Assembly: GCA_963675295.2 (NCBI GenBank)
Contig: CAXXKJ010000002.1
Coordinates: 3,808,001 to 3,872,000, forward strand
Reading direction: 5' to 3'
Length of the DNA: 64,000 bases
From: a bacterium
GTDB lineage: Bacteria; Electryoneota; Electryoneia; Electryoneales; Electryoneaceae
The notes beneath the pieces were generated by a model, which searched no databases, had not been told where the DNA came from, and saw only the letters and a program-made list of their open reading frames with translations. The position numbers and the translations under genes are program-made. Numbering within the stretch: position 1 is the stretch's first letter; the number at the start of each line of letters is the position of its first letter. This document shows positions 19,412 to 29,125 of the stretch, piece by piece.

Positions 19412-20284
19412 TTACCGGCCTCCGCCGCCCGTGCCCGAGCTGGGACCACGGCCAGGAACCTGAAGAATCGTGTTCGTGTAGATCAGGTTCGGATCCGGAA
19501 TCAGGTCACGGTTGGCTTCGTAAATCTTGCGCCACTCGAACGGATTGCCCCACAGATTGTCGGCAATGCGCGCGAGGTTGTCGCCGTTACGTACCAGGTA
19601 CTGCGTGGCCGGATCGATATCCAGCGGAACCGTAAACATCTGGTCCGGGAAAATGAGGTCCGGATCGTTGATCTTTTCGCGGTTCACGGAATAGATCCGC
19701 ATCCACTTCGCACCGTCGCCGTAATGGGCCGGCTTGGCGGCAATGCCCCACAGGTGGTCACCACGGACGACCGTGTAACGGATCGAGCGCGGTCCAGCCA
19801 TGCGGCTGCGGTAGTTGTCGATGTCACGGCGGTAACGGTCGATCCGATTCGCGAACTGCGTCAGCATCGCGGCCGGCATCATCGCCAGCTGATCGAGTTC
19901 CGTTTCCAGCGCCGTCAGCTCATCCTGCTGCTCGAACATCTGCTCGGGCGTCAGGCGGCCGAATTCACCCAGACGGCGGGCGAAGTCGTCAAGCTGGTCC
20001 GCGAAGGCGTCCACGTCAGCCTCGGTGATCCCGAGCATGTCGTAGATTTCGCCCCACGCCGCGGCGATGTCCGCCTCGACGGCTTCAATCTCACCGCTCA
20101 GCGCAGCCTTGGCTTCTTCGCAATCCTCAAGACCGGCCTTGGCATCGCGTTCCCGCTCCTGCCATTCCATCAGCTCGATCTCGTAATCTTCGTATTTCAT
20201 CTTGCGATCCTGGGCCGTAGCCGGAATCGCGATCGCCACGATCATCAGAGCCACGGTGGCGAGGACGATGACACGGTTCATCAT
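19412..20284 (-). CDS. Secreted coiled-coil protein with two LysM domains
   Basis: Signal peptide; acidic heptad region; [13 protein letters not shown]...PDLIFP and [13 protein letters not shown]...PNLIY. Confidence 0.88.
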   Translation of the reverse strand: MMNRVIVLATVALMIVAIAIPATAQDRKMKYEDYEIELMEWQERERDAKAGLEDCEEAKAALSGEIEAVEADIAAAWGEIYDMLGITEADVDAFADQLDDFARRLGEFGRLTPEQMFEQQDELTALETELDQLAMMPAAMLTQFANRIDRYRRDIDNYRSRMAGPRSIRYTVVRGDHLWGIAAKPAHYGDGAKWMRIYSVNREKINDPDLIFPDQMFTVPLDIDPATQYLVRNGDNLARIADNLWGNPFEWRKIYEANRDLIPDPNLIYTNTILQVPGRGPSSGTGGGGR

Positions 20285-20285
20285 C

Positions 20286-20582
20286 TTACATGCCCTCCCC
20301 ATCGTTTTCCATCATCTTGTCGTTGGCATCCATGCGACGCTTCACAGCCTGCTTTTCAGCGCGGACTTCCTGCAATTCGGCTTCCTTCTCCGCCTTCATG
20401 CGTTCCATCCGGGAAGTTTCCTGCTCACAGTCTTCAAGCGACTGCTCGGCGGCAAGAGCAGCGTTCCGCTGATCCTCAAGCGCCTGGAGATCTTCCTCAC
20501 TGGCGTATTTGGTGCAACCCGTGCCCAGCACGAGCGCAACCACAAACACCAGAAGTAAACCCAATAGACCCGTACGTTTCAT
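20286..20582 (-). CDS. Small coiled-coil lipoprotein
   Basis: RBS GAGGGGAG; MKR + hydrophobic stretch + lipobox-like LGTG-C; heptad-rich mature part. Confidence 0.85.
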   Translation of the reverse strand: MKRTGLLGLLLVFVVALVLGTGCTKYASEEDLQALEDQRNAALAAEQSLEDCEQETSRMERMKAEKEAELQEVRAEKQAVKRRMDANDKMMENDGEGM

Positions 20583-20819
20583 GCTCCCCTCTGCGTTGTG
20601 GTAAGCATTCCGCGGTTTGTTAAGTTTTCCAGTGCAAGCGTATGAAAAAATGTATGCGCGTTCAACACCACACACTTCTTGCTCTGGCTCCCTGAACCGT
20701 TCCGCTTAGTTCTTGTTTGGTTTGCACGGAAAGTATCCCGTGTTTGCTGGAAAAGTCAAGGCAGATCGGGGCCCAAAGTCACCCTGGAGGCCGAATTCTG
20801 CCAGATACTGATGATCAAC

Positions 20820-22574
20820 TTATGCTTTAATGCCCAATTCCCGGAGTTGCTTCTCGTCGATGACGCCCGGTGCGCCTTCAAATAACGCCACCGCCTGCGT
20901 CGTTTTCGGGAACGGAATCACGTCTCGAATCGACGATTCCCCGGTTATCAGCATGACTAGCCGGTCGAAGCCGAACGCGATCCCGCCGTGCGGCGGAGCG
21001 CCATACTGCAGCGCTTCCATCAGGAAGCTGAACCGGTTCTTCGCCTCCTCCTCGCTCATTCCGAGCAGATTGAACATTTTCATCTGCATCGCCTGATCGT
21101 GAATACGAATCGACCCGCCAGCGACCTCTTCTCCGTTCCACACCAGGTCGTACGCCTGGCTCAGGATCTTCGTCGGCTCGCTATCCTTGTACTGGTCGTA
21201 CGTTTCCGGATCAGGCGCGGTGAACGGGTGATGCAGCGCGACATGCCGATCTTCTTCCTCGTTGTACTCAAGCAACGGGAATTTGATCACCCACAGCAGC
21301 TCGTGCCGGTCCTTGTCGATCCACTCGAACTCCCGCGCCAACTCCAACCGCAGCATGCCCATCACTTCGTGCACCCGCGGCGCCGGGGCGACCGCGACCA
21401 ACGCGAGATCGCTGTCGGTGTTGACACCAAGCCGCTCCACGGCTTGTTCCAGTTGCGGCTCGGGGATAAACTTCCCGAGCGGGCCGGGCCACGCGCCGTC
21501 CACCTTACGCAACGGCATCAAGCCACCGAGGCCGCGTTCCTTGACGTACGCTTCCCATTCGCTGACCTGCTTGCGCGAAGCCTTGATCTGGTCCGGAACG
21601 TGAATCCCGATCACCTTGCCGCCGGCCTTGACCGTGTTGTCGATCACGCCGAAGCCGTGCCCGTCGAACAGATCGGTGAGGTCAACCAGCTCGTTGCCGA
21701 ACCGCACATCCGGCTTGTCCGACCCGAACCGTTGCATCGCTTCCGCGTAGCTCATCCGCGGCAGTGTCTCCGGGAACGGCACCTCCATCACATCCTCGAA
21801 GATCTGCTTCATCAGACCTTCGGTGACGCCCATGATATCGTCTTCGTGGATGAACGACATCTCGACGTCGATCTGCGTGAACTCCGGCTGCCGGTTCGCG
21901 CGGAAATCCTCATCGCGGAAGCAGCGCACGATCTGGAAGTAACGGTCATACCCCGCCACCATCAGGATCTGCTTGTACGTCTGCGGCGATTGCGGCAACG
22001 CGTACCAGTCCCCATGATGCAACCGGCTCGGCACCACGAAGTCGCGCGCGCCTTCCGGCGTCGAACGCGTCAGGAACGGCGTCTCCACCTCCATGAACTG
22101 CTGGTCGCTGAAGTACCGCCGAGTGGTCTGCAGCAGCTCGTGCCGCACACGCAAATTCCGCTGCATCCGTGCCCGGCGCAGGTCGAGGAACCGCCAGCGC
22201 AGCCGGTGCTCCTCAGACGGCTCGAACTCATCTTCCGGCAGCAGCGGCGGCGTGTCCGGAGTCGCCAGCTTTTCAATCGACGCGACCACCACCTCGATCT
22301 CACCTGTTGGCATATCCTTGTTGATCATGTCGTCCGGACGCTTGCGAACCGTACCGTTCACCCGCAACACCCACTCCGCGCGCAGACGCTTGCCCTGTTC
22401 GACGAGTTCCTTGTTCTCCGGGTCGAACACGAGCTGGGTTTTGCCGTACCGGTCACGCAGCGTCACGAAGATGACACCACCGAGGTCACGCACACGTGAC
22501 ACCCACCCGGCGAGGGTGATCTCCTGGCCGTCATGCGTCCCGCGAAGTTCACCGCAGGTATGAGTTCTGTACAT
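20820..22574 (-). CDS. aspS: Aspartate-tRNA ligase
   Basis: RTHTCGEL, STPEGARDF, LPQSPQ, CFRDED.R..RQPEFTQID, GAPPHGG.AFGFDR. Confidence 0.97.
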   Translation of the reverse strand: MYRTHTCGELRGTHDGQEITLAGWVSRVRDLGGVIFVTLRDRYGKTQLVFDPENKELVEQGKRLRAEWVLRVNGTVRKRPDDMINKDMPTGEIEVVVASIEKLATPDTPPLLPEDEFEPSEEHRLRWRFLDLRRARMQRNLRVRHELLQTTRRYFSDQQFMEVETPFLTRSTPEGARDFVVPSRLHHGDWYALPQSPQTYKQILMVAGYDRYFQIVRCFRDEDFRANRQPEFTQIDVEMSFIHEDDIMGVTEGLMKQIFEDVMEVPFPETLPRMSYAEAMQRFGSDKPDVRFGNELVDLTDLFDGHGFGVIDNTVKAGGKVIGIHVPDQIKASRKQVSEWEAYVKERGLGGLMPLRKVDGAWPGPLGKFIPEPQLEQAVERLGVNTDSDLALVAVAPAPRVHEVMGMLRLELAREFEWIDKDRHELLWVIKFPLLEYNEEEDRHVALHHPFTAPDPETYDQYKDSEPTKILSQAYDLVWNGEEVAGGSIRIHDQAMQMKMFNLLGMSEEEAKNRFSFLMEALQYGAPPHGGIAFGFDRLVMLITGESSIRDVIPFPKTTQAVALFEGAPGVIDEKQLRELGIKA

Positions 22575-22774
22575 GGGAAGTTCCTGGTCGTACCGTCTGG
22601 AGTATCAGCTCAGTTTGTCTGATACTGGGTGCGGAATATAGACAGTTGCCGCACGCATTGCCATGCCTGTCTTTGCTCTGTCTTTCCGTGATAAATTGGC
22701 GCTCACGACCGTTTCCAAACACCTTCCGGCGCGAGTACCTTGCGTCCGAGAGACATTCACCTTGTGGAACCCCC

Positions 22775-24328
22775 ATGACGAACACGGTTGATTTACACGA
22801 ATTTGAGCAGAGTATCGTCGTCCGGCAGCTGCGTGAGGACGATTACGACCGCATTTGCGCCTTGCAGATCGCCTGCTTCCCGGGCATGGGTCCGTGGGAG
22901 AAAGAAGGGTACCTGCATCAGCTCAAGGTCTTTCCCGAGGGACAGCTCGGTGTCGAAATCGACGGCCTTCTGGTCGCCGGTTCCTCCAGCCTGATCCTCG
23001 AGATGGACCTCTACGGCGACCTGCACACCTTCCAAGAGATCGTACCGCGCGACCGTCTTATCAACCACAATCCGCACGGCGACACGCTTTACGGCATCGA
23101 CATCTTCGTCGATCCCGATTACCGCGACCGCCGCCTCGCGCGACGCATGTACGACGCCCGCAAAGACCTCTGCCGCCGTCTGAATCTGGGCCGGATCGTG
23201 GTCGGCGCGCGCGTCCCCGGCTACACCCGTCACAGCTACAAGATGAATGTGCGCGAATATGTCGAGGCCGTGGAGAATCGCACGCTCCGCGATTCAGTCC
23301 TCACCACGCAGCTGCGCAACAACTTTGTCGTCAAGCGCATTATTGAGGGATATTATCCGTCGGACGAGGAATCGGGCGGGTACGGCATCCTGCTCGAGTG
23401 GACCAACATCGACTACCAGCAGACACGGGGGAAGGTGTACCGCTCCAGCCGGCCGATCCGTGTCAGCGCGATCCAGTACCAGATGCGTCCGGTCAACAAC
23501 TTCGAGGAATTCGCCTCCCAGTGCGAATTTTTCGTCGACACCGCCGCCGACTACAACGGCGATTTCATCGTCTTCCCGGAATTGCTGACAACGCAACTCC
23601 TCTCCTTCATTGATGAGAAGAACTCGATCAAGGCCGCGCGCAAGCTGTCCGAATACACCCCGGACTACCTCGAGATGTTCAGCCGCCTCGCGACGGATTA
23701 CAACATCAACATCGTCGGCGGGTCACACTTCATCAACGAAGAAGGCACGATGCACAACGCGGCGTTCCTGTTCCACCGGGATGGCCGCATCGACCGTCAG
23801 ATCAAGTTGCACAACACGCCGGACGAACGCGACCAGTGGGGCCTGCAACCGGGCAACGAGATCGAGGTCTTCGACACCGACATCGGCAAGATCGCGATCC
23901 TCATCTGCTACGACATCGAGTTCCCGGAAGTGGTCCGGCTGGCAGTGGACAAGGGCGCGCAGGTGCTGTTCGTCCCGTTCTGCACCGACGACCGGCACGG
24001 CTACCTGCGAGTCCGTTACTGCGCCCAGGCACGTTGTATCGAGAACCACATCTACGCTGTTATCGCGGGGACCGTCGGCAACCTGCCACGTGTCGAGAAC
24101 ATGGCGCTACAGTACGCCCAGTCGGCGGTGTTGACACCCTCGGATGTGATGTTCGCGCGTGACGGTGTCGCCGCCGAGTGCACGCCGAACATCGAGACGC
24201 TCGTCATGACCGACCTGGACCTCGAGCTGTTAGCCCGTCACAAACGTACCGGCGCCACTCGCAACTGGCTCGACCGCCGGTTCGACCTGTACGAAGTGGT
24301 GCCCAAGCGGAAGGATACGCCGGTGTAG
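22775..24328 (+). CDS. GNAT N-acetyltransferase / carbon-nitrogen hydrolase fusion
   Basis: FPEGQ...LYGIDIFVDPDYR GNAT domain; nitrilase triad FPE, K in QIKLH, ICYDIEFPE. Confidence 0.9.
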   Translation: MTNTVDLHEFEQSIVVRQLREDDYDRICALQIACFPGMGPWEKEGYLHQLKVFPEGQLGVEIDGLLVAGSSSLILEMDLYGDLHTFQEIVPRDRLINHNPHGDTLYGIDIFVDPDYRDRRLARRMYDARKDLCRRLNLGRIVVGARVPGYTRHSYKMNVREYVEAVENRTLRDSVLTTQLRNNFVVKRIIEGYYPSDEESGGYGILLEWTNIDYQQTRGKVYRSSRPIRVSAIQYQMRPVNNFEEFASQCEFFVDTAADYNGDFIVFPELLTTQLLSFIDEKNSIKAARKLSEYTPDYLEMFSRLATDYNINIVGGSHFINEEGTMHNAAFLFHRDGRIDRQIKLHNTPDERDQWGLQPGNEIEVFDTDIGKIAILICYDIEFPEVVRLAVDKGAQVLFVPFCTDDRHGYLRVRYCAQARCIENHIYAVIAGTVGNLPRVENMALQYAQSAVLTPSDVMFARDGVAAECTPNIETLVMTDLDLELLARHKRTGATRNWLDRRFDLYEVVPKRKDTPV

Positions 24329-24382
24329 TTTTGGCTGCGGACTGCGGACTGCGGACATCGGTCGGCGGAGTAGGAGGAGCTT

Positions 24383-24551
24383 TTTCCGGTTCTGTAGAGC
24401 AAGTGCCCGTGTCAGCTTGCTGACGCGGATCCGAGGAATGATTCCCGGTTCTGTAGAGCAAGTGCCCGTGTCAGCTTGCTGACGCGGACCCGAGGAACAT
24501 TTTCCGGTGCAATACAGGAAGTGCCCGTGTCAGCTTGCTGACGCGGACCCG
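24383..24551. repeat. Three tandem 59-bp REP-like hairpin units
   Basis: GTGCCCGTGTCAGCTTGCTGACGCGGA at 24403, 24462 and 24521. Confidence 0.85.
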
Positions 24552-24614
24552 GAGAAAAATGATCTAGTTATAGGAAGTCAGAAGTCTCCCCTTTCAGTTA
24601 GACTGTTCCTTCCC

Positions 24615-24649
24615 CACTCCGGAATAGAGTCTTTCTCTATTCCGGAGTG
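24615..24649 (-). terminator. Hairpin after the NACHT gene stop
   Basis: Perfect 15-bp stem CACTCCGGAATAGAG-tcttt-CTCTATTCCGGAGTG. Confidence 0.7.
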
Positions 24650-24654
24650 ACATC

Positions 24655-27600
24655 TCAATCGTCGATGATCTGAACACCACGTTCTTTAAGTTCCTCTTCC
24701 GTCAGATCCCAGTGCGATTCGATATCACTTTTTAAAACCTTCACCCCCCGCAGGGTCGCCCCTTCAAGTTTCGCCCCCGTCAGGACCGCCCCCTCCAGGT
24801 TCGCCTCCCTCAGGTTCGCCCTAATCAGGTCCGCCTCCCTCAGGTTCGCCCCCGTCAGGTTCGCCCCCGTCAGGTTCGCCCCCGTCAGGTTCGCCCCCGT
24901 CAGGACCGCCCCCTCCAGGTTCGCCTCCCTCAGGTTCGCCCTAATCAGGTTCGCCCCCGTCAGGTTCGCCCCCGTCAGGACCGCCCCCGTCAGGTTCGCC
25001 CCCGTCAGGACCGCCCCCTCCAGGTTCGCCTCCCTCAGGTTCGCCCTAATCAGGTCCGCCTCCCTCAGGTTCGCCCCCGTCAGGTTCGCCCCCGTCAGGT
25101 TCGCCCCCGTCAGGTTCGCCCCCGTCAGGTTCGCCCCCGTCAGGTTCGCCCCCGTCAGGTTCGCCCCCGTCAGGTTCGCCCCCGTCAGGACCGCCCCCGT
25201 CAGGACCGCCCCAGAAAGATTGAGCTGAATGAACCGATGAATTGTGTTACTTTCACCTACCAACGAACCGCTAGACATGACATGAGTTAGAAGGCGAGTA
25301 TTCAATTGACGCATAAACCAAGCACTCTCATTGTCGCGTTCAAGTACCTGTTTCCAGCCAGCCTCCCACTCAATAACAACAGGTGTTGACTCTCCCGAAG
25401 GTTCTACCACAAGAGAATGCAGCAAAAACAGGGATTCCAGCGTGTGCACGGCGTGGGCATGGGCGTCCCGGTAAGCACGTTCCGGATCAGGGTACTCCAA
25501 CTTCATGACGGGGACTTCGTTTTGCACAGCGTGTTCGATCAGATCTTGAAGCGCGCGTTGCCACTTGCTATCATCGTGTTGTCCTGTCTTACGTCGCAGC
25601 TCAAGTTCATTTATGAGAAATTCTTCGATCGTTGAGGTAATGCGCTGCGGTCCAAGCAAACGGGCAAGTTGTTCTAGTGTTTCCCGTTCACCTTCATCGG
25701 CGAGTTCATTGAAGATCGAATCTAGGCGCCGGACCAAGCGCAGTGCAGCCAGGTATTCACCAAAAGTTTTGTGTGTAAATATTACCGCGCCGTCATCATG
25801 GCCTGTTCTGCGGAAAAAGAAGGATACCATGAGACCAGAAGATGTACCAACACGACCGGACTCTATTTGATTCAGCACTTTCTGCAACTTACGGTCCGGT
25901 TTAACCGTACATCGTTTGTGAACATCCGCACGTTTTGCTCCGCGTTCACCTGCATGCCACGCCAGTTCACCCACTAGCTCGAGCAATGCCGTAAAATCCT
26001 CGTAGTCGACAGTTTCAGTGGTTGGCGAACGTCGTTTTTCATAGTCGCGCTCATGCACCCGTCGTAGCAGCTTGGCATAGATGCTGTTGCGATTGAAACC
26101 CGGTGCGCTACAGTCTAACGGATCACCGCAGTGAGTTAGAGTTACCAGTGCGTTTAACAGGGGCCGTCGAACAAGATCATGGAGCGCTGTGTGATCCAAT
26201 TCCCCAGCTAATTCTGCTGCTGTTTTGCACTTGAATGGCGCAAGTTTTTTCCAGAAGTCATGTTGTTGTTTTGCTTTTTTGCCTTTCAACAGATTTTTTG
26301 GGTCTTTCCAACGCTCAGTATCAACTAATCTCTTCCATTCATTGTCCCAGTATGGGAGGATTTCTATTAGTTGGGCTGGCTCCCGAAATCGAGAAGCGTG
26401 TTCCTGAATGATCGGGATACGACCACTGAGAAGAAATTTGACCCGATGGCCAGATGTATTTGTTGAATGGGTAGTCAGGTATTCGACAAAGTCCCGCACC
26501 TTCCCAGCGGCGCCGCCCTTGTGCAATTCGTCAAGACCGTCGAAGATGATGAGCAGACGGTCGTCGCCATCGTCCTGTCCCAACGGATTGTGGAAAAATC
26601 CCTCCTCGCTTGCGTATTCTCCAACCGCCTCACGCAAACGTCCGGGTAGATCGAAATCAAACAGGTTGATGAAGAGCACTTTGATTTCAGGAGCGAAACG
26701 ACCTTTTTCATCCACCATGGGGTACTCATCCATCAGCCTGGCGGCAAACATGCGTACGAATGATGATTTCCCGACCCCTGGTTCGCCACTCAACACTTTA
26801 ATTGGCGCGTAATTCCTACCAGTGGTCACACCCGCGCCATCCGCCGACCAACTCAGTACCCATTCACTCAACTCTTCGTAGACATTCAGAACGTGACCGA
26901 TCTTTTTTTCGTTTCTATCTTGCCGCTCCTCATCCTTTTCTACCCGTTCTTCCCAAACACCTCGAGGCCAGACATAGACATCCTTGAGTCCGAATGGTTC
27001 GCCAAGAACACTCTCTTTAACGGTCTGCAGCAGCCGGGCACGGTATCGCAACCAGTCCGTTTCTTTTCGGACCTGACCCACGAGCGGATGGTCAATGTAT
27101 TTTTCGAGGTCGCCATAGAGAGTCGGATGCGCGAACCACTCATCCATAATGCCGACTGCATAGAACTCTGGCAAACGATCGGTAACTGACTTGGCCGTCA
27201 CCTCAGGCATTTGGAGATTGACAAGTAGAGAGATGAAGTCAGATTGGAAGTGCTGAATCAACTCAGTGTCACTAGGACGTTGCACAAAACGCCCATCAAG
27301 TTCAATGGAGTTTTTCTCAACCCAGTCCGGCAAATCGAATTGGAACTCCATATCGACGTGACGCAGTCCTTCTTCAATCATAGCCGAAGCATAATTCTCC
27401 ATCAGCTGATGAATGGCACGTACTAACCCGCCGTGCACGAGTAGATACGCCTTCATACCGTCAGAGAGTTCTTTCGGTTCAAAAGCCGACGGAATTTTCA
27501 ACAAGCCTTTGATACCCGCACCGACTGCACCAATGAACCCAGCGGCTACCGTACCAGTGACTGTACCGACAGTTCCAATAATTGCCGCATCAGCTACGGC

Positions 27601-27690
27601 AGTGGTGACAACCTCAAATAGTTTCTTAAAATTCGGTTCGACTGTTCCTTCTTTATGAGGTTTTTCCAACATCAGGCGTGGCACAGACAT
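24655..27690 (-). CDS. NACHT/STAND NTPase with C-terminal pentapeptide repeats
   Basis: Walker A SGEPGVGKS, Walker B LLIIFDGLDE, sensor LSGR, RPLL, winged-helix FTHKTFGEYLAA; A(N/D/V)LxG repeats; lower GC than neighbours. Confidence 0.88.
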   Translation of the reverse strand: MSVPRLMLEKPHKEGTVEPNFKKLFEVVTTAVADAAIIGTVGTVTGTVAAGFIGAVGAGIKGLLKIPSAFEPKELSDGMKAYLLVHGGLVRAIHQLMENYASAMIEEGLRHVDMEFQFDLPDWVEKNSIELDGRFVQRPSDTELIQHFQSDFISLLVNLQMPEVTAKSVTDRLPEFYAVGIMDEWFAHPTLYGDLEKYIDHPLVGQVRKETDWLRYRARLLQTVKESVLGEPFGLKDVYVWPRGVWEERVEKDEERQDRNEKKIGHVLNVYEELSEWVLSWSADGAGVTTGRNYAPIKVLSGEPGVGKSSFVRMFAARLMDEYPMVDEKGRFAPEIKVLFINLFDFDLPGRLREAVGEYASEEGFFHNPLGQDDGDDRLLIIFDGLDELHKGGAAGKVRDFVEYLTTHSTNTSGHRVKFLLSGRIPIIQEHASRFREPAQLIEILPYWDNEWKRLVDTERWKDPKNLLKGKKAKQQHDFWKKLAPFKCKTAAELAGELDHTALHDLVRRPLLNALVTLTHCGDPLDCSAPGFNRNSIYAKLLRRVHERDYEKRRSPTTETVDYEDFTALLELVGELAWHAGERGAKRADVHKRCTVKPDRKLQKVLNQIESGRVGTSSGLMVSFFFRRTGHDDGAVIFTHKTFGEYLAALRLVRRLDSIFNELADEGERETLEQLARLLGPQRITSTIEEFLINELELRRKTGQHDDSKWQRALQDLIEHAVQNEVPVMKLEYPDPERAYRDAHAHAVHTLESLFLLHSLVVEPSGESTPVVIEWEAGWKQVLERDNESAWFMRQLNTRLLTHVMSSGSLVGESNTIHRFIQLNLSGAVLTGAVLTGANLTGANLTGANLTGANLTGANLTGANLTGANLTGANLREADLIRANLREANLEGAVLTGANLTGAVLTGANLTGANLIRANLREANLEGAVLTGANLTGANLTGANLTGANLREADLIRANLREANLEGAVLTGAKLEGATLRGVKVLKSDIESHWDLTEEELKERGVQIIDD
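24751..25215 (-). repeat. About 31 x 15-bp coding tandem repeat (pentapeptide array)
   Basis: CAGGTTCGCCCCCGT and a few variants repeated verbatim. Confidence 0.95.
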
Positions 27691-27882
27691 GGGTCCCCCG
27701 GACGGTCTAGTGTTATCAATGAATGTGAATATAGGTACAAAATGATACCAAACAATAAATGCAACTGAAAATTATTCATTGATATCCATCATGTAGCTCT
27801 TACGAGAGACACAAACGGGATGCCTGCACTGCAAGCACCCCGACAATGTGGAAACATGTAAAAACTCACTGAGCGTTGCCGT

Positions 27883-29067
27883 TTACGTCACCGAAATCCC
27901 CGGCGTAAACCGCAGCACCCGTCCGCCGTCCTGCATGAACGGTTTCAGCCGGTCGAGCAGTTCGTCCTGCCGGCGTTCGGAGGACAGGATGACGGCTTCC
28001 AGTCCGGACTTGAGCAGGTCGTCCAACGACTTCACCTCGAAATCGGTGCCGCCGAGGATGCCACCGTGCCGGCCGGCGTCGGTGGTGGTGACCATCTCGA
28101 CGTTGTCGTGGATATCGCAGTAGAAGAACATGTCGACGGTTGGCAGGCCCGCGCCGAACACCGCGACCGGCCCATTGAAGTCGTCACGCACGACCGAGCT
28201 CAACTCTTCCGCAATGTCTTCCTTGCGGTTGAGGAAGCTGTCGACCCGTTCGAACGCTTCTTCTGCATCCGCGGACGGCATCGGATCGTACGGGTCTTCG
28301 TCGGCGTCCACCTTGCGGGTGAACAACGCGATGTAGGATTCGTCGTATCCGCCGAGGATATCGTGCCCGTGCTGGGTGACAGCGTAACGGAGCGTGGACA
28401 ACGTGAAGTAGGACTGGTACTGGGGTGAGAAGCCGCCGAACGCGATCTTCTCGAACGCCTGGCCGAAGTTCGGCGTCTCAATCGCCATCAGGCCGCCGGG
28501 TTTCAGCAGCCCGTCGATCGCGCCGAGCAGGATCAATGGTTCCTCGACGTGTTCGATCACCGAGCGGCAGACAATGATGTCGAAGCTCTCTTCGTCGAAC
28601 AGGGCTTCATCGAATCGGCCCGAAATGACGTTGTAGCCGTCCTGTTCGCACGCGCCGGACACTCGTTCGTCGGAGTCGATCCCGACGACGTCAAAGCCGA
28701 GCGCTTTCAGACGGGGCAGCATGCCGCTGTAGCCGCAGCCGATGTCGAGCACACGTCCACCCTCGGGGGCGTAGCGTCGAAGCTGATTGAAGAATCTTTC
28801 CGTCTCGAATTTTTCGAGGCCGGATTCGGTGATCGGGGGCGGCACCGGCTGGCGTTGCCGCATCTCGAGATAGGTCTCGAATGGCATTTGTTCCGATTGG
28901 AATACCATGCCACAGCCGTGGCAGAACGTGATACGCAGGGTTTGATACGGCAGGTTCTTGGCCTGGCCGGGCAGGATAACTCCGTTTCCGGCAAAGGGAT
29001 AGTCTTCGAGTTCGAGAATTTCTTCCAACTGGGTAGCCCCACAAACCGGGCATCGCTCGCGAGTCAT
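27883..29067 (-). CDS. Class I SAM methyltransferase (sugar C-methyltransferase-like, N-terminal Zn site)
   Basis: CPVCG...CHGCG; VLDIGCG; SVIEHV..P...LLKPGG...ETPN; C-terminal VFGAG; GAGGGAGG RBS. Confidence 0.8.
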   Translation of the reverse strand: MTRERCPVCGATQLEEILELEDYPFAGNGVILPGQAKNLPYQTLRITFCHGCGMVFQSEQMPFETYLEMRQRQPVPPPITESGLEKFETERFFNQLRRYAPEGGRVLDIGCGYSGMLPRLKALGFDVVGIDSDERVSGACEQDGYNVISGRFDEALFDEESFDIIVCRSVIEHVEEPLILLGAIDGLLKPGGLMAIETPNFGQAFEKIAFGGFSPQYQSYFTLSTLRYAVTQHGHDILGGYDESYIALFTRKVDADEDPYDPMPSADAEEAFERVDSFLNRKEDIAEELSSVVRDDFNGPVAVFGAGLPTVDMFFYCDIHDNVEMVTTTDAGRHGGILGGTDFEVKSLDDLLKSGLEAVILSSERRQDELLDRLKPFMQDGGRVLRFTPGISVT

Positions 29068-29125
29068 TTCCTCCCTCAGGTGGTTCCGGCCCCCCAGCCG
29101 GTGGTAAACGTTAGCTGAGGGTAAT

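Noticed and set aside
24383-24551. CRISPR-like array (about 30-bp palindromic repeat, 59-bp period)
   Set aside because: The would-be spacers resemble each other, there are only three units, no cas genes are present, and related hairpins occur singly elsewhere.
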